32,000 nucleotides of DNA, taken from the NCBI GenBank assembly GCA_030849285.1, contig CP102982.1:90001-122000 (forward strand), in the 5' to 3' direction. Source of the stretch: Candidatus Saccharimonadota bacterium (GTDB lineage: Bacteria > Pseudomonadota > Gammaproteobacteria > Enterobacterales > Enterobacteriaceae_A). Positions 19,950 through 29,556 of the stretch are shown in pieces; position 1 is the first letter of the stretch; each line of letters begins with the position of its first letter. The notes beneath the pieces were generated by a model. That model was not told the origin of the DNA and searched no databases. It worked only from the letters and a program-made list of their open reading frames with translations. The position numbers were made by a program, and so were the translations under genes.

Positions 19950-21644
19950 TTAATAATTAATTTTTTTAAAATTTATTATATTTAATAAAAAATTATTAAT
20001 GTATTTTATTTTTATAATTTTTTTTAAAATACTATTTCTATCTTTATATTCTATAAAACCGTTTTTACAATTTTTTTTATTTATTATTATTAAATGAGGT
20101 ATTCCTATAATTTCATTATCATTAAAAATTACACCTATTTGTTCTCTTCTATCATCTAAAAGAACATCAATTTTTTTTTTAAATAAATTATTATATATAT
20201 AATTTGATATATTTTTAACAATTTTAAAATTATGAAAATTTATTGGTATTATTGAAATTTTAAATGGTGCTATATTTATGGGCCAAATAATTCCCTTTTT
20301 ATCATAATTTTGTTCTATAATTGCTGCTATTAATCTAGTAATTCCTATTCCATAACACCCCATATTTATATTTTTTTTAAAATTACATTTATTATTAATT
20401 TTTGAATATTTATTTCCTATTTGAAATATATGACCAATTTCTATATTTTGTTTTATAAATAAATATTTTTTATTATTAAAATTTATAATTTTTTTTTTAA
20501 AATTATTTAAATCTGCTATATATAGTAATAATAATATTTTATTCCAATTTAAATTTATTATAAAAAAAATATTCTTAATAAATTTAATTACAAAATGTTT
20601 AATTTTAATAATATTATAATCTACAATAATATTAATATTTGAAAAAAAAGATTTTATTGAATTAAAATTAATTTTAAATAAATTATTAATTTTTTTTATG
20701 AATACATATTTTAAAGGTTTACAAATATTTTTTAATTTATAGATTTTAAATATATTTAATTTACATTTTTCATGAAATAATAAAGCTATTAATTTATTAT
20801 TAATTGATTTTATAAATATTATTTTAATAATTTTAATATTAAATATTTTTTTTTTTTTAGTAATTTTATTAAAATTTAAAAAATTTAATATTCTGGGTTT
20901 TTCAATATAATATTTATTATTAATAACAATTAATTTAATTACTTTTATATTATTAATATTGTTAAAATTATTTAAAAAAAAATTTTTATTTTTATAATTT
21001 TTAAATAAACTGTAAAATTCATGTGATATATTACCTCCAATTGAATCAGATTTTGCTTTAATAGTATAAAAAAAAATATTTAATTTTTTAAAAATTTTAA
21101 TATATGTTTTATAAATAACATTATATGTATTTTTTAAACATTTAATACTATTATGAAATGAATAAGCATCTTTCATAATAAATTCTATTGTTTTTATAAT
21201 ACCTAAATTTGGTCTTATTTCATCTCTAAATTTAGTTTTTATTTGATAAAACATAATTGGTAATTGTTTATAAGAATTAATTTCATTAATTATTACTTTA
21301 TTTATTATTTCTTCATTAGTTGGACTTAAAATAAATAATTTTTTTTTTCTATTATAAAATTTTATTAATTCTAATCCATATTTTTTAAAACGTTTACTTT
21401 TTTTCCATAAATTTGCAGATTGTATTATAGGTATATTTATTTCAAATAATTTAATTTTATTAATTTCTTTACGTATTATTTTTTTAATATTTTTTAAAAC
21501 TTTTAAACCTATTGGAAGCCAAAAATAAATACCGGAACTTAATTTTCTAATCATACCTGATTTTATCATTAATTTATGACTTATTAATTTAGTATTAATA
21601 GGATCTTCTTTTGTAGTATAAAATAAGTATTTACTAGTACGCAT
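19950..21644 (-). CDS. proS: Proline-tRNA ligase (bacterial type with insertion domain)
   Basis: The N-terminus MRTSKYLFYTTKEDP...ISHKLMIKSGMIRKLSSGIYFWLP matches E. coli ProRS. Class II motif 2 is FRDEIRPNLGIIKTIEFIMKDAYSFH and motif 3 is GCYGIGITRLIAAIIEQNYDKKGIIWP. Confidence 0.95.
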   Translation of the reverse strand: MRTSKYLFYTTKEDPINTKLISHKLMIKSGMIRKLSSGIYFWLPIGLKVLKNIKKIIRKEINKIKLFEINIPIIQSANLWKKSKRFKKYGLELIKFYNRKKKLFILSPTNEEIINKVIINEINSYKQLPIMFYQIKTKFRDEIRPNLGIIKTIEFIMKDAYSFHNSIKCLKNTYNVIYKTYIKIFKKLNIFFYTIKAKSDSIGGNISHEFYSLFKNYKNKNFFLNNFNNINNIKVIKLIVINNKYYIEKPRILNFLNFNKITKKKKIFNIKIIKIIFIKSINNKLIALLFHEKCKLNIFKIYKLKNICKPLKYVFIKKINNLFKINFNSIKSFFSNINIIVDYNIIKIKHFVIKFIKNIFFIINLNWNKILLLLYIADLNNFKKKIINFNNKKYLFIKQNIEIGHIFQIGNKYSKINNKCNFKKNINMGCYGIGITRLIAAIIEQNYDKKGIIWPINIAPFKISIIPINFHNFKIVKNISNYIYNNLFKKKIDVLLDDRREQIGVIFNDNEIIGIPHLIIINKKNCKNGFIEYKDRNSILKKIIKIKYINNFLLNIINFKKINY

Positions 21645-21761
21645 AATACCTTACTTATTAAAATATTTTAATATTTAAATTTATTTTAATAATTTTTTAA
21701 ATATGTTATTATATAATAATTAAAATTAATTTAATAAAATCTTAAAATTAATTAAATATAA

Positions 21762-22550
21762 TTATTTATTTATAATTATTTTAGGAATAAATTCATCTTT
21801 TCTTAATGTCATTATTTCACATCCATTAGATGTAACTAATATTGTATGTTCATATTGTGCTGATAAACTTTTATCTTTTGTTTTAACAGTCCAACCATCT
21901 TTTAACGTAAATACTTTATTTTTACCTAAATTTATAATAGGTTCTATTGTAAAAATCATACCTTTTTTTAAAATAATATTATTAATATTATTATTTTTAA
22001 AATGTAAAATTTGAGGTAATTCATGAAAATTTATACCAATACCATGACCACAATATTTTTTAACAATAGAAAATTTTTTTTTAAATTTTATGAATTTTTC
22101 AATAGTATTACCTATTATATTTAATTTTATTCCTGGTTTAATTTTATATATAGATAAATATAAACTTTGTTGTGTTATATTACATAATAATTTATTTAAA
22201 TTATTTTGTTTACCTACTAAAAACATTTTTGATGTATCACTATAAAATCCATTTTTTAAAATTGTAACATCAATATTAATTATATCACCATTTTTAATTT
22301 TTTCTTTTTTAGGTATTCCATGACATACTGTATCATTTATAGAAATACAAATTGATTTGGGAAAACCCTTATATTTTAGACATGCTGGTATAGCTTTTTG
22401 TTTTTTAACTATATAAAAATTACATATATTATCTAATTCTTCTGTTGTAATTCCAGGTTTAATATATTTTTCTATCATTTCTAATACTTTTGCAGCTAAA
22501 TTACTTGCAATTCTTATTTTTTTAATTTCTTTAAAATTTTTAATTATCAT
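21762..22550 (-). CDS. map: Methionine aminopeptidase, type I
   Basis: The metal-ligand contexts are present: VCHGIP, INIDVT, YCGHGIG, FTIEP, YEHT. It is divergent from rpsB, as in E. coli. Confidence 0.96.
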   Translation of the reverse strand: MIIKNFKEIKKIRIASNLAAKVLEMIEKYIKPGITTEELDNICNFYIVKKQKAIPACLKYKGFPKSICISINDTVCHGIPKKEKIKNGDIINIDVTILKNGFYSDTSKMFLVGKQNNLNKLLCNITQQSLYLSIYKIKPGIKLNIIGNTIEKFIKFKKKFSIVKKYCGHGIGINFHELPQILHFKNNNINNIILKKGMIFTIEPIINLGKNKVFTLKDGWTVKTKDKSLSAQYEHTILVTSNGCEIMTLRKDEFIPKIIINK

Positions 22551-22684
22551 TTTAAAACATTTAGTTTTTTAAAATTATTAATTTCATTTAAAATATTTTA
22601 AATATATAAAATAATATTTTAAATTTAATATAAATTTATATAATATTTATAATTTTAAATTTTTAATATAATTGGAATTTATTT

Positions 22685-23392
22685 ATGTTTAAAATATCTA
22701 TATATGATATGATTAAAGCTGGTGTTCATTTTGGACATCAAACATGTTATTGGAATCCAAAAATGAAAAAATTTATATTTGGTGTTAAAAATAAAATACA
22801 TATTATTAATTTAGAAAAAACTTTAATAATGATTAATAAAGCTATAAATGAGATTATTAAAATTTCTTTACGTAATGGTAAAATATTATTTATTGGTACT
22901 AAATCAATAGCATATAAAGCAATAAAAATATACGCTATAAATTGTAATCAATTTTTTGTAAATTATCGTTGGTTAGGTGGTATGCTTACAAACTGGAAAA
23001 CTGTTAAAAAATCAATACAAAAATTTAAAGATTTAGAAATACAATATCAAAATGGAATTTTAAATAAATTAAGTAAAAAAGAATTATTAATGTATAAAAA
23101 TAAATTAAAAAAATTAGAAAATTCTTTAGGAGGTATTAAAAATATGAGTAATTTACCTGATGCTATATTTGTTATAGATTCAAATTATGAAAAAATTGCT
23201 ATTAAAGAAGCACAACAATTAGGTATAACTATTTTTTCAATTGTAGATACTGATTCAAATCCTGATGGAATTAATTTTATTATTCCAGGTAATGATGATT
23301 CTATTCATTCTATTAAATTTTATTTAAATAATATATCTATTGCTATTAATGAAGGTATTATGCAAAATAAAAAATTAAATTTTAATATTTAA
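22685..23392 (+). CDS. rpsB: 30S ribosomal protein S2
   Basis: [25 protein letters not shown] and [11 protein letters not shown] are S2 signatures. Confidence 0.97.
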   Translation: MFKISIYDMIKAGVHFGHQTCYWNPKMKKFIFGVKNKIHIINLEKTLIMINKAINEIIKISLRNGKILFIGTKSIAYKAIKIYAINCNQFFVNYRWLGGMLTNWKTVKKSIQKFKDLEIQYQNGILNKLSKKELLMYKNKLKKLENSLGGIKNMSNLPDAIFVIDSNYEKIAIKEAQQLGITIFSIVDTDSNPDGINFIIPGNDDSIHSIKFYLNNISIAINEGIMQNKKLNFNI

Positions 23393-23402
23393 AAGGATAT
23401 AT

Positions 23403-24188
23403 ATGATTAAAATTGATATTAATCTTATTAAAAAATTAAGAAATATTACAGGTGCTGGTATAATAGATTGTAAAAATTCATTAATTTTATCTAATGGAAA
23501 TATTAAAAATGCAATTATTGAAATTAGAAAATTAGGTATGTTAAAAATTTCTAAAATTAAAAAAAAATGTATTAATGGTATTATAAATGTAAAAAAATTT
23601 AATAATTATGGTATTATTTTAGAAATAAATTGTCAAACTGATTTTGCTTCTAAAAGTAAAGAATTTAAAAAATTTACAATTGATATTATTAATATTATAA
23701 TTAAAAATAATTTTAAATATATACAAAATATTAAAAAGATTAATTATTTTTTAAAAACTAATATTATTAATTTATTTAATAAAATAAAGGAATATGTTAT
23801 TATTAAAAGAATTAATATATTAAAAAATAATATTATAGAAATTTATAATCATAATAATTATATTGGTGTATTAATAAAAGCTAATTTTATCCAAAAAAAA
23901 ATTTTAAAAAAAATTGCTATGCATATTGCTTCAGAAAAACCAAAATTTATTAATATAGAAAATATACCATATAATTTTATTAATGATGAATATAAAATAC
24001 AAAATATTATTATTAAAAAAACAAAAATAATTAAAATAATACTATTAGGTAAAATTAAAAAATATATTTATAATATAACTTTATTTAATCAACAATTTAT
24101 TTTTAATAATTTATTTAAAATTAAAGAAATAATTAATAAAAAAAATTCATTAATATATAATTTTATTCGTTATGAACTTGGAGAATAA
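23403..24188 (+). CDS. tsf: Elongation factor Ts
   Basis: The N-terminal UBA-like segment is LIKKLRNITGAGIIDCKNSL. INCQTDFASKS and the position after rpsB also fit. Confidence 0.93.
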   Translation: MIKIDINLIKKLRNITGAGIIDCKNSLILSNGNIKNAIIEIRKLGMLKISKIKKKCINGIINVKKFNNYGIILEINCQTDFASKSKEFKKFTIDIINIIIKNNFKYIQNIKKINYFLKTNIINLFNKIKEYVIIKRINILKNNIIEIYNHNNYIGVLIKANFIQKKILKKIAMHIASEKPKFINIENIPYNFINDEYKIQNIIIKKTKIIKIILLGKIKKYIYNITLFNQQFIFNNLFKIKEIINKKNSLIYNFIRYELGE

Positions 24189-24252
24189 TTTTGGTAATAA
24201 ATTTTATTTTTATTAATTTAATAATAAAATAAAAAAATTATATTAATTTTTA

Positions 24253-24834
24253 ATGTTGTTTAAAAAAGGAGGAAATTTGTTTAATAATATTATAAATGAA
24301 AATAAACTTTTAATGGAAAATATTTACAATTTATATAAAAAAAAAATGAATAAAATATTTATAGGTAGAGCTTCTATTAAAATTTTAGATAACGTTTTAA
24401 TAAATTATAATAATATTAATGTTAACTTAAATAAAATTTCATATATTACAATAATTGATTATAATACAATTAAAATTAAATTATTTGATATTTCTTTAAT
24501 AAATATAGTTAAAAATGCAATTATAAAATTAAAATTAAATTTAAATGTTTTTATTTTAAATAAAAATATTTTTGTAAATTTACCACAAATAAATGAAAAT
24601 CGTAGAAAGGAATTAATTAAAATTGTTCGTTTTGAGTCAGAAAATAGTCGTATTTTTATCAGACAAATACGTCGTAATTCAAATTTTAAAATTAAAAATT
24701 TATATAAAAATAAAATAATAAATGTAGATGAAAAAAAAAAAATAGAAGAAAAAATACAAGAAAAAACAGATATTTTAATAAGAAAAATTAATTTAAATTT
24801 AATTAAAAAAGAAAAAGAATTATTTAAAATTTAA
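24253..24834 (+). CDS. frr: Ribosome recycling factor
   Basis: IGRASIKILDNVLINY, LPQINENRRKELIKIVRFESENSRIFIRQIRRN and a Lys/Glu-rich C-terminus are colinear with RRF. The true start is probably the in-frame TTG at 24277. It is preceded by AAGGAGG at 24266-24272 and gives 185 aa, the length I recall for E. coli RRF, rather than the ATG at 24253. Confidence 0.93.
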   Translation: MLFKKGGNLFNNIINENKLLMENIYNLYKKKMNKIFIGRASIKILDNVLINYNNINVNLNKISYITIIDYNTIKIKLFDISLINIVKNAIIKLKLNLNVFILNKNIFVNLPQINENRRKELIKIVRFESENSRIFIRQIRRNSNFKIKNLYKNKIINVDEKKKIEEKIQEKTDILIRKINLNLIKKEKELFKI

Positions 24835-24835
24835 T

Positions 24836-24955
24836 TATTAATAATATTATATTAATATATTATTACATTAATGACATTATATTATTATATTTTTATATTA
24901 TTATAATAATATAATGTCATTAATGTAATAATATATTAATATAGTATTATTAATA
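24836..24955. repeat. Long inverted repeat (palindrome) with 54-bp arms and a 12-nt spacer
   Basis: I checked base by base, with pairs summing to 49791. Positions 24848-24889 pair perfectly with 24902-24943 (42 bp). After one T/G mismatch (24847/24944), 11 more pairs reach 24836/24955. The spacer is 24890-24901 (TTTTTATATTAT). The repeat begins 2 nt after the frr stop codon. Confidence 0.95.
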
Positions 24956-24995
24956 TAATAATATATTAATATAATAATATTAATATAATAATATA
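24937..24995. repeat. Tandem direct repeats of a 14-16-nt unit, TAATATAATAATAT(AT)
   Basis: The units are TAATATAGTATTAT (24937-24950, degenerate, inside the right palindrome arm), TAATATAATAATATAT (24951-24966), TAATATAATAATAT (24967-24980) and TAATATAATAATATA (24981-24995). The array ends 13 nt before the dnaE ATG. Confidence 0.8.
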
Positions 24996-25008
24996 CTTTA
25001 TTAATATT

Positions 25009-28000
25009 ATGTATAATAAAAAATTTATTCATTTACACATACATAGTAATTATTCATTGGTTGATAGTATAATTAAAATTAACAATTTAATTAAAGAAGC
25101 TAAAAAATTAAATTATAATTCCTTAGCGTTAACAGATATTAATTGTTTTTATGGAATTTTAAAATTTTATAAATTTGCATATAAATTTAAAATAAAACCT
25201 ATTATTGGTACTGATTTTTATATTAAAAATTTAAATGGAAAAATATCTCAATTAACTATATTAGCATCTAATAATAAAGGATATAAAAATTTAAAATTAT
25301 TAATTACTAAAATATATGAAAAGGGATATAATAATTTATTAGGGCCTATTATTAATTATAATTTACTTAAAAAATATAAAAATGGATTAATTATATTATC
25401 AGGTAGTTGTTATGGTGATATAGGACAATTAATTTTACAAAAAAAATATGATCAAATTAATTATACATTAGATTTTTATCAAAAATTTTTTTTAAATAAA
25501 TATTATTTAGAAATTACTAGAACTAATCGTAAATATGAAGAAAATTATATAAATAAAATTATTTCAATTTCTAAAAGTAGAGATTTACCTATAGTAGCTA
25601 CAAATGATGTATGTTTTTTAAATAAAAATGATTATAAAGCACATAAAATTCGTTTAAATGTTAATAATTTAAATATTAAAAAATATAGTAAATATCAATT
25701 TTTACGTAGTGAAAAAGAAATGTGTAAATTATTTAAGGATATACCAGAAGCTTTAATAAATAGTGTTGAAATATCTAAAAGTTGTAATGTTGTTATTAAA
25801 TTTAAAAAACATTTTATCCCTTTTTTAATTAATAAAAAAATATCATCTTCAAAATATTTAAATATTATAACTAAAAAAAAATTAGAAAAAAAGATTAAAT
25901 ATATATATTATAATAATAAAAAATGTATTATAAAAAGAAGTCAATATTATAAACGTTTAAAAAAAGAACTTAAAATTATTAATAAAGTTAAATTTTCTAA
26001 TTATTTTTTAATAATTTCAAAATTTGTAAAATGGGCAAAAAATAAAAAAATATTAGTTGGTCCTGGTAGAGGTTCAGGTGCAGGATCATTAGTTGCGTTT
26101 TTATTAAATATTATAGATATTAATCCTGTAAAATATAATCTTATTTTTGAACGTTTTTTAAATCCTGAACGTATTTTAATGCCAGATTTTGATATTGATT
26201 TTTGTATTGAAAAACGTGATAAAGTTATTAATTATGTTAAAAGTATATATGGATATAAATCAGTAGCTCAAATTATAACGTTTGGTACTTTAACTGCTAG
26301 AGCAGCTATTAGAGATGTAGGAAGAATTTTAGGTTATTCATATAATTTTGTTGATTATATTGCAAAATTAGTACCAACAGATTTGGGTATAACTTTAAAT
26401 AAAGCGTTATATTCAGAACCATTGTTTTTAAAAATTTATCAAGAAAATGTTGAAGCTAAAGAATTAATTGATATGTCACTTAAATTAGAAGGGATTATTA
26501 AAAATATAAGTAAACATGCAGGAGGTATAGTAATTTCACCTTCTAAAATTACTAATTTTACACCATTATTTTTTGATTCAAATGGTAAAAATCCATTGAC
26601 TCAATTTGATAAAACTGATATAGAAAGTATTGGTTTAATTAAATTTGATTTTTTGGGTTTAAAAACTTTAACAATTATAGATTCTACATTAAAATTAATA
26701 AATTTAAATTCTAATATTAAAAAGAAAATAAATCTTTCAAAATTATTTTTAGATGATAAAAAAAGTTATAATTTATTAAAATATGCAAATACTGTTGCAA
26801 TTTTTCAACTTGAATCAATTGGAATGAAAGACTTAATTAGAAAAATTAAACCTAATTGTTTTAATGATATTATAGATTTAATAGCATTATTTAGACCTGG
26901 ACCTTTAAAATCTGGAATGGTTCAAAATTATATTAATCGTAAATATGGTATAGAAAAAATTTATTATCCTGATATAAAATATGAACATAAATCTTTAAAA
27001 CCAATTTTAAAATCTACATATGGTATTATTTTATATCAAGAGCAAATAATAGAAATAACTAAAATTTTATCTGAATATACTTTAGGTTCTGCTGATATTT
27101 TATTACGTTCTATGAATAAAAAAAACAATAAAAATATAATAACAGAAAAAAAAAAATTTGTTTATGGATCTATTAAAAAAGGTATAAATAAAAAACTTTC
27201 AAATAAAATTTTTGATTTACTTTACAAATTTGCTGGTTATGGTTTTAATAAATCACATTCTGTTGCATATTCATTTATTTCATATCAAACATTATGGTTA
27301 AAAACATATTATCCTTCTGAATTTATGGCGTGTGTTATGACAGCTGAAATGCAAAATACTAAAAAATTAATAATTTTAATTAATGAATGTAAACGTATGA
27401 AAATAAATATCTTATATCCAAATATTAATAAAAGTTTTTATAATTTTAGTGTTGATGGAAATAAAAATATTATTTGGGGAATTGGTGCGATTAAAGGTAT
27501 AGGTAAATCATCAATTGATTATATTATTAAATTAAGAAATAAAAATTTAAAATTTAAAGATTTATTTAATTTTTGTATGTTTACTAATATTAAAAAAATT
27601 AATAAAAGAATACTTAAAAAATTAATTTTTTCAGGAGCTTTTGATTTTACTAATCAAAATCGTTCATTTCTTAAATATACATTAAATGATATAATTAAAA
27701 TTACTGAATATTATAAAAAATATATTAAAATAGGTCAAAAGAGTATATTTAATTTATTAAATGATACTAAAATTTTAATTACTAATAAATATAAAAATTT
27801 TATACCATTATCTAAACAATTAATATTAGAAAAAGAACGTGATGCTCTTGGATTATATTTAACAGATCATCCTATTAATCAATATATTGAAGAAATTAAA
27901 TATTATACAGGAGGTATATTATTAAAAGACTTAAATTTAACTATTAAAAATAAAATTAAAGTTATTTCAGGTTTATTGATATATTATAAAATTATATGTA

Positions 28001-28464
28001 CTAAAAATAATAAATATATTTGTATTTGTATAATAGATGATCAAACATATAGAATAGAAGTTATTTTATATAATAATATTTTTAAAAAAAATAAAAATAT
28101 TATTAAAAAAAATAATATTTTAATTATTAGTGGTGAAATTTTTTTTGATAACTTTAAAAATAATTATAAAATAATTGCATATGAAATATTTAATATTAAT
28201 AAAATAAGAGAAAAATATATTAATAAATTAATTATTTTTTTAAACATTAACAAAATCAATAATAAATTATTATGTTATTTATATAAATTATTTAAAACAA
28301 ACAAAAGAGGTAAAACTAGAATATGTTTTTATTATAAAAAAAATGATTTAATTATAAAATTAATTTGTAATAAAATTTGGAATATTAAAATTAATAATTT
28401 ATTATTAAATGAATTAAGAGAATATTTTGGGTATTCTAATATTAAATTATCTTTTAATAATTAA
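25009..28464 (+). CDS. dnaE: DNA polymerase III subunit alpha
   Basis: 1151-aa ORF. The PHP domain start is FIHLHIHSNYSLVDS. The palm and fingers motifs are GPGRGSGAGSLVAFLLNIIDINP, MPDFDIDF, HAGGIVIS and FNKSHSVAYSFISYQTLWLKTYYP. Confidence 0.98.
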   Translation: MYNKKFIHLHIHSNYSLVDSIIKINNLIKEAKKLNYNSLALTDINCFYGILKFYKFAYKFKIKPIIGTDFYIKNLNGKISQLTILASNNKGYKNLKLLITKIYEKGYNNLLGPIINYNLLKKYKNGLIILSGSCYGDIGQLILQKKYDQINYTLDFYQKFFLNKYYLEITRTNRKYEENYINKIISISKSRDLPIVATNDVCFLNKNDYKAHKIRLNVNNLNIKKYSKYQFLRSEKEMCKLFKDIPEALINSVEISKSCNVVIKFKKHFIPFLINKKISSSKYLNIITKKKLEKKIKYIYYNNKKCIIKRSQYYKRLKKELKIINKVKFSNYFLIISKFVKWAKNKKILVGPGRGSGAGSLVAFLLNIIDINPVKYNLIFERFLNPERILMPDFDIDFCIEKRDKVINYVKSIYGYKSVAQIITFGTLTARAAIRDVGRILGYSYNFVDYIAKLVPTDLGITLNKALYSEPLFLKIYQENVEAKELIDMSLKLEGIIKNISKHAGGIVISPSKITNFTPLFFDSNGKNPLTQFDKTDIESIGLIKFDFLGLKTLTIIDSTLKLINLNSNIKKKINLSKLFLDDKKSYNLLKYANTVAIFQLESIGMKDLIRKIKPNCFNDIIDLIALFRPGPLKSGMVQNYINRKYGIEKIYYPDIKYEHKSLKPILKSTYGIILYQEQIIEITKILSEYTLGSADILLRSMNKKNNKNIITEKKKFVYGSIKKGINKKLSNKIFDLLYKFAGYGFNKSHSVAYSFISYQTLWLKTYYPSEFMACVMTAEMQNTKKLIILINECKRMKINILYPNINKSFYNFSVDGNKNIIWGIGAIKGIGKSSIDYIIKLRNKNLKFKDLFNFCMFTNIKKINKRILKKLIFSGAFDFTNQNRSFLKYTLNDIIKITEYYKKYIKIGQKSIFNLLNDTKILITNKYKNFIPLSKQLILEKERDALGLYLTDHPINQYIEEIKYYTGGILLKDLNLTIKNKIKVISGLLIYYKIICTKNNKYICICIIDDQTYRIEVILYNNIFKKNKNIIKKNNILIISGEIFFDNFKNNYKIIAYEIFNINKIREKYINKLIIFLNINKINNKLLCYLYKLFKTNKRGKTRICFYYKKNDLIIKLICNKIWNIKINNLLLNELREYFGYSNIKLSFNN

Positions 28465-28515
28465 CAATTTAAATTTTAATTAATTTTAAATTTTTATTTT
28501 TTGAAAATTTAATAC

Positions 28516-28543
28516 TTGATTTTTTTTTTTAAAAAAATATAAT
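28516..28543 (+). promoter_or_regulatory. Candidate sigma70 promoter of the S10 operon
   Basis: TTGATT (28516-28521), a 16-nt spacer and TATAAT (28538-28543) lie about 50 nt upstream of the rpsJ ATG. Such matches arise easily by chance in DNA this AT-rich, so this is only a candidate. Confidence 0.3.
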
Positions 28544-28592
28544 TTTATATTTTTATTAATAATTTATATTATTAAAAGGAAATTTATTTTTA

Positions 28593-28904
28593 ATGAAAAA
28601 ACATATTAGAATTAAATTAAAATCATATGATTTTAGAATAATAGAAAAGTTAATATTAAAATTTCAAAATATTGTTTATAAAACTAATGCTAAAATTCAT
28701 GGACCTATCCCCTTACCCACTTTAAAAGAAAAATTTACTATTCTTATCTCTCCACATGTTGATAAAGATGCTCGTGATCAATATGAGATTTGTACTTATA
28801 AAAGATTATTAGATATTATTACAACAAATTTTAAAACAATAAAAAAAATAATGAAGATAAAATTAATTTCAGGTATTTTTGTAAAAATAAATATTATTAA
28901 ATAA
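28593..28904 (+). CDS. rpsJ: 30S ribosomal protein S10
   Basis: IRIKLKSYDFRIIE...GPIPLPT...FTILISPHVDKDARDQYEICTYKRLLDI is colinear with S10. An AAAGGA Shine-Dalgarno lies upstream. Confidence 0.97.
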   Translation: MKKHIRIKLKSYDFRIIEKLILKFQNIVYKTNAKIHGPIPLPTLKEKFTILISPHVDKDARDQYEICTYKRLLDIITTNFKTIKKIMKIKLISGIFVKINIIK

Positions 28905-28921
28905 ATATTAAGGATTAAATA

Positions 28922-29554
28922 ATGATTGGATTAATAGGTAAAAAAATTGGAATGTCTAGAATTTTTAATAAAAATGGCTTTTCAATCCCTATTAGTATTA
29001 TTAAAATTGAAAATAATTATGTTACCCAAATTAAAAATATTATAAAAGATGGTTATAATGCTATTCAAATTGTTACAGGTTATAAAAAAAAACATAATAA
29101 ATCCGAAATAGGACATTTAAAAAAATCTGGTATAAATCAAGGTTTAAAATTATTCGAATTTAGAATTTCTAAAAAAAAAAAAATAAATTTAGGTGAAAAA
29201 ATTAATTTAAATATTTTTTTAAATATTAAAGTAGTAGATATTACTGGTATTTCTAAAGGTAAAGGTTTTTCGGGTACTATAAAAAGATGGAATTTTAATA
29301 GTCAAGATAATACACATGGTAATTCTTTATCACATAGAGTACCTGGATCAATAGGACAAAATCAAACTCCTGGTAAAGTATTTAAAGGTAAAAAGATGGC
29401 TGGTCATTTAGGTAATAAACGTATAACAATACAAAATTTAAAAATTGTTAAAATTGATATTATTAAAAAAATTTTATTTATTAAGGGTTCAATACCTGGT
29501 TCAATAGGTAATGATATTATAATTAAACCATCTATTAAAAAAAAAGGGGTATAA
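28922..29554 (+). CDS. rplC: 50S ribosomal protein L3
   Basis: [15 protein letters not shown] and [14 protein letters not shown]...[35 protein letters not shown] are colinear with L3. Confidence 0.98.
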   Translation: MIGLIGKKIGMSRIFNKNGFSIPISIIKIENNYVTQIKNIIKDGYNAIQIVTGYKKKHNKSEIGHLKKSGINQGLKLFEFRISKKKKINLGEKINLNIFLNIKVVDITGISKGKGFSGTIKRWNFNSQDNTHGNSLSHRVPGSIGQNQTPGKVFKGKKMAGHLGNKRITIQNLKIVKIDIIKKILFIKGSIPGSIGNDIIIKPSIKKKGV

Positions 29555-29556
29555 TT

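Noticed and set aside
24836-24995. The palindrome and repeats read as a MITE or IS remnant, a dif site or a mini-CRISPR
   Set aside because: There is no transposase ORF, no flanking target-site duplication that I can see, and only one copy in the window. The sequence does not match the E. coli dif core as I recall it. The direct repeats are contiguous with no spacers and are far too short for CRISPR. No cas genes are present.
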